DNA of 64,000 nucleotides from Bradymonadia bacterium (GTDB lineage Bacteria > Myxococcota_A > Bradymonadia > UBA7976 > UBA1532): assembly GCA_046290225.1 (NCBI GenBank), contig JBKAGE010000082.1:128001-192000 (forward strand), given 5' to 3'. Position numbers and translations under genes: made by a program. Position 1 is the stretch's first letter, and each line of letters begins with the position of its first letter. The notes under the pieces were generated by a model. The model made no database searches. It was given only the letters and a program-made list of their open reading frames with translations, and was not told the DNA's origin. Shown in pieces: positions 61,432-64,000 of this stretch.

Positions 61432-62700
61432 GTGCACACCGGCCCTCGCACTCTGTTGTCCACTTCGCTCCGCTGCCTGCCTGCGCTGGTGGTGTTCATG
61501 TGCGCCACCACGGCCTCCGCTCAAGAGGTCTGGGATCGACAAAAGGGCGACTGCGAACGCGTGATCCGCAACGCCCCCACGCAGTCCCTCGACAACATCC
61601 GCCGGTGCACCCTCACCTGGGAGATGTACCGCGACGTGACACAGGTCGACGCGGACTGGCGCCAGCTCGCGCGGCGGGCCTTCGAGAAACTCTACCTGCG
61701 CGGCAACGATCGCGACGCGGTGACGGCGCTCTCGGCCCTCAAGCGCCTCGGCCTGCGGCCTTCGAAGCTGCGGCCCAGCACCCGCCTGGTGGAGCGCACC
61801 AACAACCAACCAGCGATGCCCGTGGCCCGCACTGAGGCCACAACCCCGCTGGCGAACCCCGACAACGACATCACCCCCGAGGCCCTCGACGCCCTGTTGC
61901 CTGATCGCGACAAATCGACCCGACACACTCAGCGGGGTTTCTCAGCCCTCAAGTCCAAGAACCCCCGAGGAGCCCTGAGCGAGTTCCTCATCGCATCAGA
62001 CGCTGATCCCACCGATGCCCGGCCGCTCTATGGTGCAGCCCAGGCCTACGCCATGAGCCGCAAGCCCCGCAAAGCGATCAACGCCCTGCGTCAGATGAAG
62101 GACATCGAGAGCGACGAGTCACGCCGCCTGGTGCTCCGCGCAGCGAAAGATCCGAGCTTCCGCGGCCTGCGGGCCATCGAGGGCTTTAAAGATCTCACCG
62201 GCACGGCGGTGATCCAGATCCTCAACGGGGCCGAAGAGGCGGGGGTGCCGCGCATCAAAGAATTCCGAGACAAGCTCGAGGCCGCAGGGCTCCCCGTGGC
62301 CCGCGTGGCCACGGATCGCACCCCCCGCAACGCCACCATCATGTTCTCGAAGCCGGGCTTCTCCCGCCAGGTGGAGCAGATCCGCCGCACGCTCCGCCTG
62401 GGCATGGTGCACAAGAAGCCCATCACCTGGCAGAGCAAGTACGACATCATCCTGGTCTACGGCGCGCCGAAGAAGTCGAAGTGGGTGGACGACGAGGCCG
62501 AGAAGTCTGGCAAGGACGAGGCCGAGAAGAAGAAGCAGGCCGAGGCTCAGGCGAAGCAGGCTGCTCAACAGGCCGAGGCCGCCCGCAAGGCGGCGATGAA
62601 GGAGCAGATGGAGCAGTTCAAGATGTACCAGGAGATGATGAAGCAGCAGCCTCAGGTCCCCGAGCCCACCACTGATCAAGCCATCGACGCGATCCCCTGA
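61432..62700 (+). CDS. Secreted TPR protein with LytR-C-like domain
   Basis: Signal peptide (ASA); TPR pair; IQILNG motif; charged C-terminal helix. Confidence 0.6.
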   Translation: MHTGPRTLLSTSLRCLPALVVFMCATTASAQEVWDRQKGDCERVIRNAPTQSLDNIRRCTLTWEMYRDVTQVDADWRQLARRAFEKLYLRGNDRDAVTALSALKRLGLRPSKLRPSTRLVERTNNQPAMPVARTEATTPLANPDNDITPEALDALLPDRDKSTRHTQRGFSALKSKNPRGALSEFLIASDADPTDARPLYGAAQAYAMSRKPRKAINALRQMKDIESDESRRLVLRAAKDPSFRGLRAIEGFKDLTGTAVIQILNGAEEAGVPRIKEFRDKLEAAGLPVARVATDRTPRNATIMFSKPGFSRQVEQIRRTLRLGMVHKKPITWQSKYDIILVYGAPKKSKWVDDEAEKSGKDEAEKKKQAEAQAKQAAQQAEAARKAAMKEQMEQFKMYQEMMKQQPQVPEPTTDQAIDAIP

Positions 62701-62748
62701 ATCGCTTTTCGGCACCAGCCGGCAAGCAACTCAGCTTCTCCTCACAAG

Positions 62749-63693
62749 ATGACGACACCCACTCCGCCCATCCCTGGTTGGCGCCTCGAGGTCGATCCCG
62801 GCAGCGACGGCATGCGCTTGGACATGTTCCTGGTGCAGCGTATCCCGCGTTTGAGCCGCGCTCGGGCGTCGCGCCTGACAGTGACGGTGGTCAACCGCCC
62901 AGAGCTTGGAGCCTTGAAGAAGGCGTATCGGGTGCGTGAGGGCTGGATTCTATGGGCCGAGCGGCCATTGCCCGACGCGGATGTCGTGCCGCCTGTACCT
63001 GAGGTGATCTTCAGCGACGACCACCTGCTGATCTTGGGCAAGCCCCCAGGGCTCGCCACCCACCCCACGGCTTCGCGCTTCAAAGCCACGGTGACGTGGT
63101 GGCTGGCCCAGCACTGGCCCGAGGCCGATCCGACGCATCGGCTCGATGTAGAGACCTCGGGTGTGTTGGTGGTGGCCCGGACCGACATCGCCAACCGAGC
63201 GCTGCAAAACGCCTTCGCCAGCGGCGGCGTGCGCAAACGCTATCTCGCGGTGGTGGAAGGTGTACCCGACCAGGATCACTTCGTGATCGATCGCCCGTTG
63301 GGCTTCGTGCAGGACCATCCCACTCTACACAGTGAGATCCGACTCAAGATGGGTCCTGGTGACAAGCCCGCCCGCACTGAATGCAGGGTGTTGCAGCGCG
63401 GCGCACGCCGCGCCCTCGTGGAAGCTCGACCCATACACGGCCGCCAACATCAAATCAGAGTGCATTTGAGCCTGGAGGGGTACCCCATCGTCGGCGACAA
63501 GCTCTATGGCCCCGACGAGCAGCTGTTCCTCGCCCACCTCAACCGCCCGCTCACAGAAGATGAGTACGCCCGGCTGGGCCACTCGCGTCATGCGCTGCAC
63601 GCGGCGAGCGCGGCCTTCGACTGGCCGAGGGGGCGGCCGAGACAGTTCGAGAGCCCGCTCCCGGGAGATCTCGAAGCGCTGCTCAGAACCTGA
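62749..63693 (+). CDS. RluA/RluD-family pseudouridine synthase
   Basis: RLD.FL, KPPGL..HP, HRLD.ETSG, GRQHQIRVH, PIVGDKLY, ALHA. Confidence 0.93.
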   Translation: MTTPTPPIPGWRLEVDPGSDGMRLDMFLVQRIPRLSRARASRLTVTVVNRPELGALKKAYRVREGWILWAERPLPDADVVPPVPEVIFSDDHLLILGKPPGLATHPTASRFKATVTWWLAQHWPEADPTHRLDVETSGVLVVARTDIANRALQNAFASGGVRKRYLAVVEGVPDQDHFVIDRPLGFVQDHPTLHSEIRLKMGPGDKPARTECRVLQRGARRALVEARPIHGRQHQIRVHLSLEGYPIVGDKLYGPDEQLFLAHLNRPLTEDEYARLGHSRHALHAASAAFDWPRGRPRQFESPLPGDLEALLRT

Positions 63694-64000
63694 CCTTGAT
63701 GCTGCCGGTGAGCAGCTTCGAGTAGTGCACGTTGGTCTTGCCCTTGGCGATCTTCCCGTTCACCGAGGTGATCACCACGCGCTGGGGCAGCGCGCTGCCG
63801 TTCTTCGAGAGGCGGCCCTGCATGCCTTTGCGGATCGCGCCGGCCTTGGAGAGCTTCATCGTCAACACTGCGCCGCCGTCGCCGGAGTCGATCACCTTGA
63901 ACACTCGGGCGGTGATCGCATCGACCGTGGGGGGTGGCGGCGGGGGCGGCGGCGGGGGCGGCTTCACCGTGCGCCGCCGGACCGTACGCTTGCGTCGCTT
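63683..64000 (-). CDS. 3' end of a CDS with a poly-Pro linker, truncated by the window edge
   Basis: Frame open from 64000 to the stop at 63683: KRRKRTVRRRTVKPPPPPPPPPPPTVDAIT... Confidence 0.65.
   Translation of the reverse strand, partial: KRRKRTVRRRTVKPPPPPPPPPPPTVDAITARVFKVIDSGDGGAVLTMKLSKAGAIRKGMQGRLSKNGSALPQRVVITSVNGKIAKGKTNVHYSKLLTGSIKVRF

Overview
GC-rich bacterial chromosomal segment. Gene style (many Cys-Asp-Asp lipoproteins, PP2C and Ser/Thr kinase, ECF sigma/anti-sigma pairs, FliA/WhiG sigma) suggests a Myxococcota/Bradymonadia-like deltaproteobacterium (inference). About 45 CDS are supportable, including slt, dnaB, a solo groEL, tag, two Hsp20s, a MoxR/DUF58/VWA operon, a penicillin-acylase-family lipoprotein and a 4-hydroxybenzoyl-CoA-reductase-like molybdoenzyme. 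No rRNA, tRNA, CRISPR array or transposase was seen. Most notable: (1) two inverted ~173-bp non-coding elements (4779-5258) with four hairpin domains whose stems covary between copies and mostly carry GNA loops; (2) next to them, an orphan MqsA antitoxin whose MqsR toxin is reduced to its two termini; (3) a Hen1-Pnkp RNA-repair operon extended by a DEDDh exonuclease and a double-SWIM SNF2 ATPase; (4) six phased GTC-N6-GAC sites plus DnaA-box-like motifs upstream of the sigma-28 gene; (5) a DUF2282/DUF692 bufferin-like RiPP locus whose precursor may be a lipoprotein. All family calls come from motif recognition by eye, not database searches.
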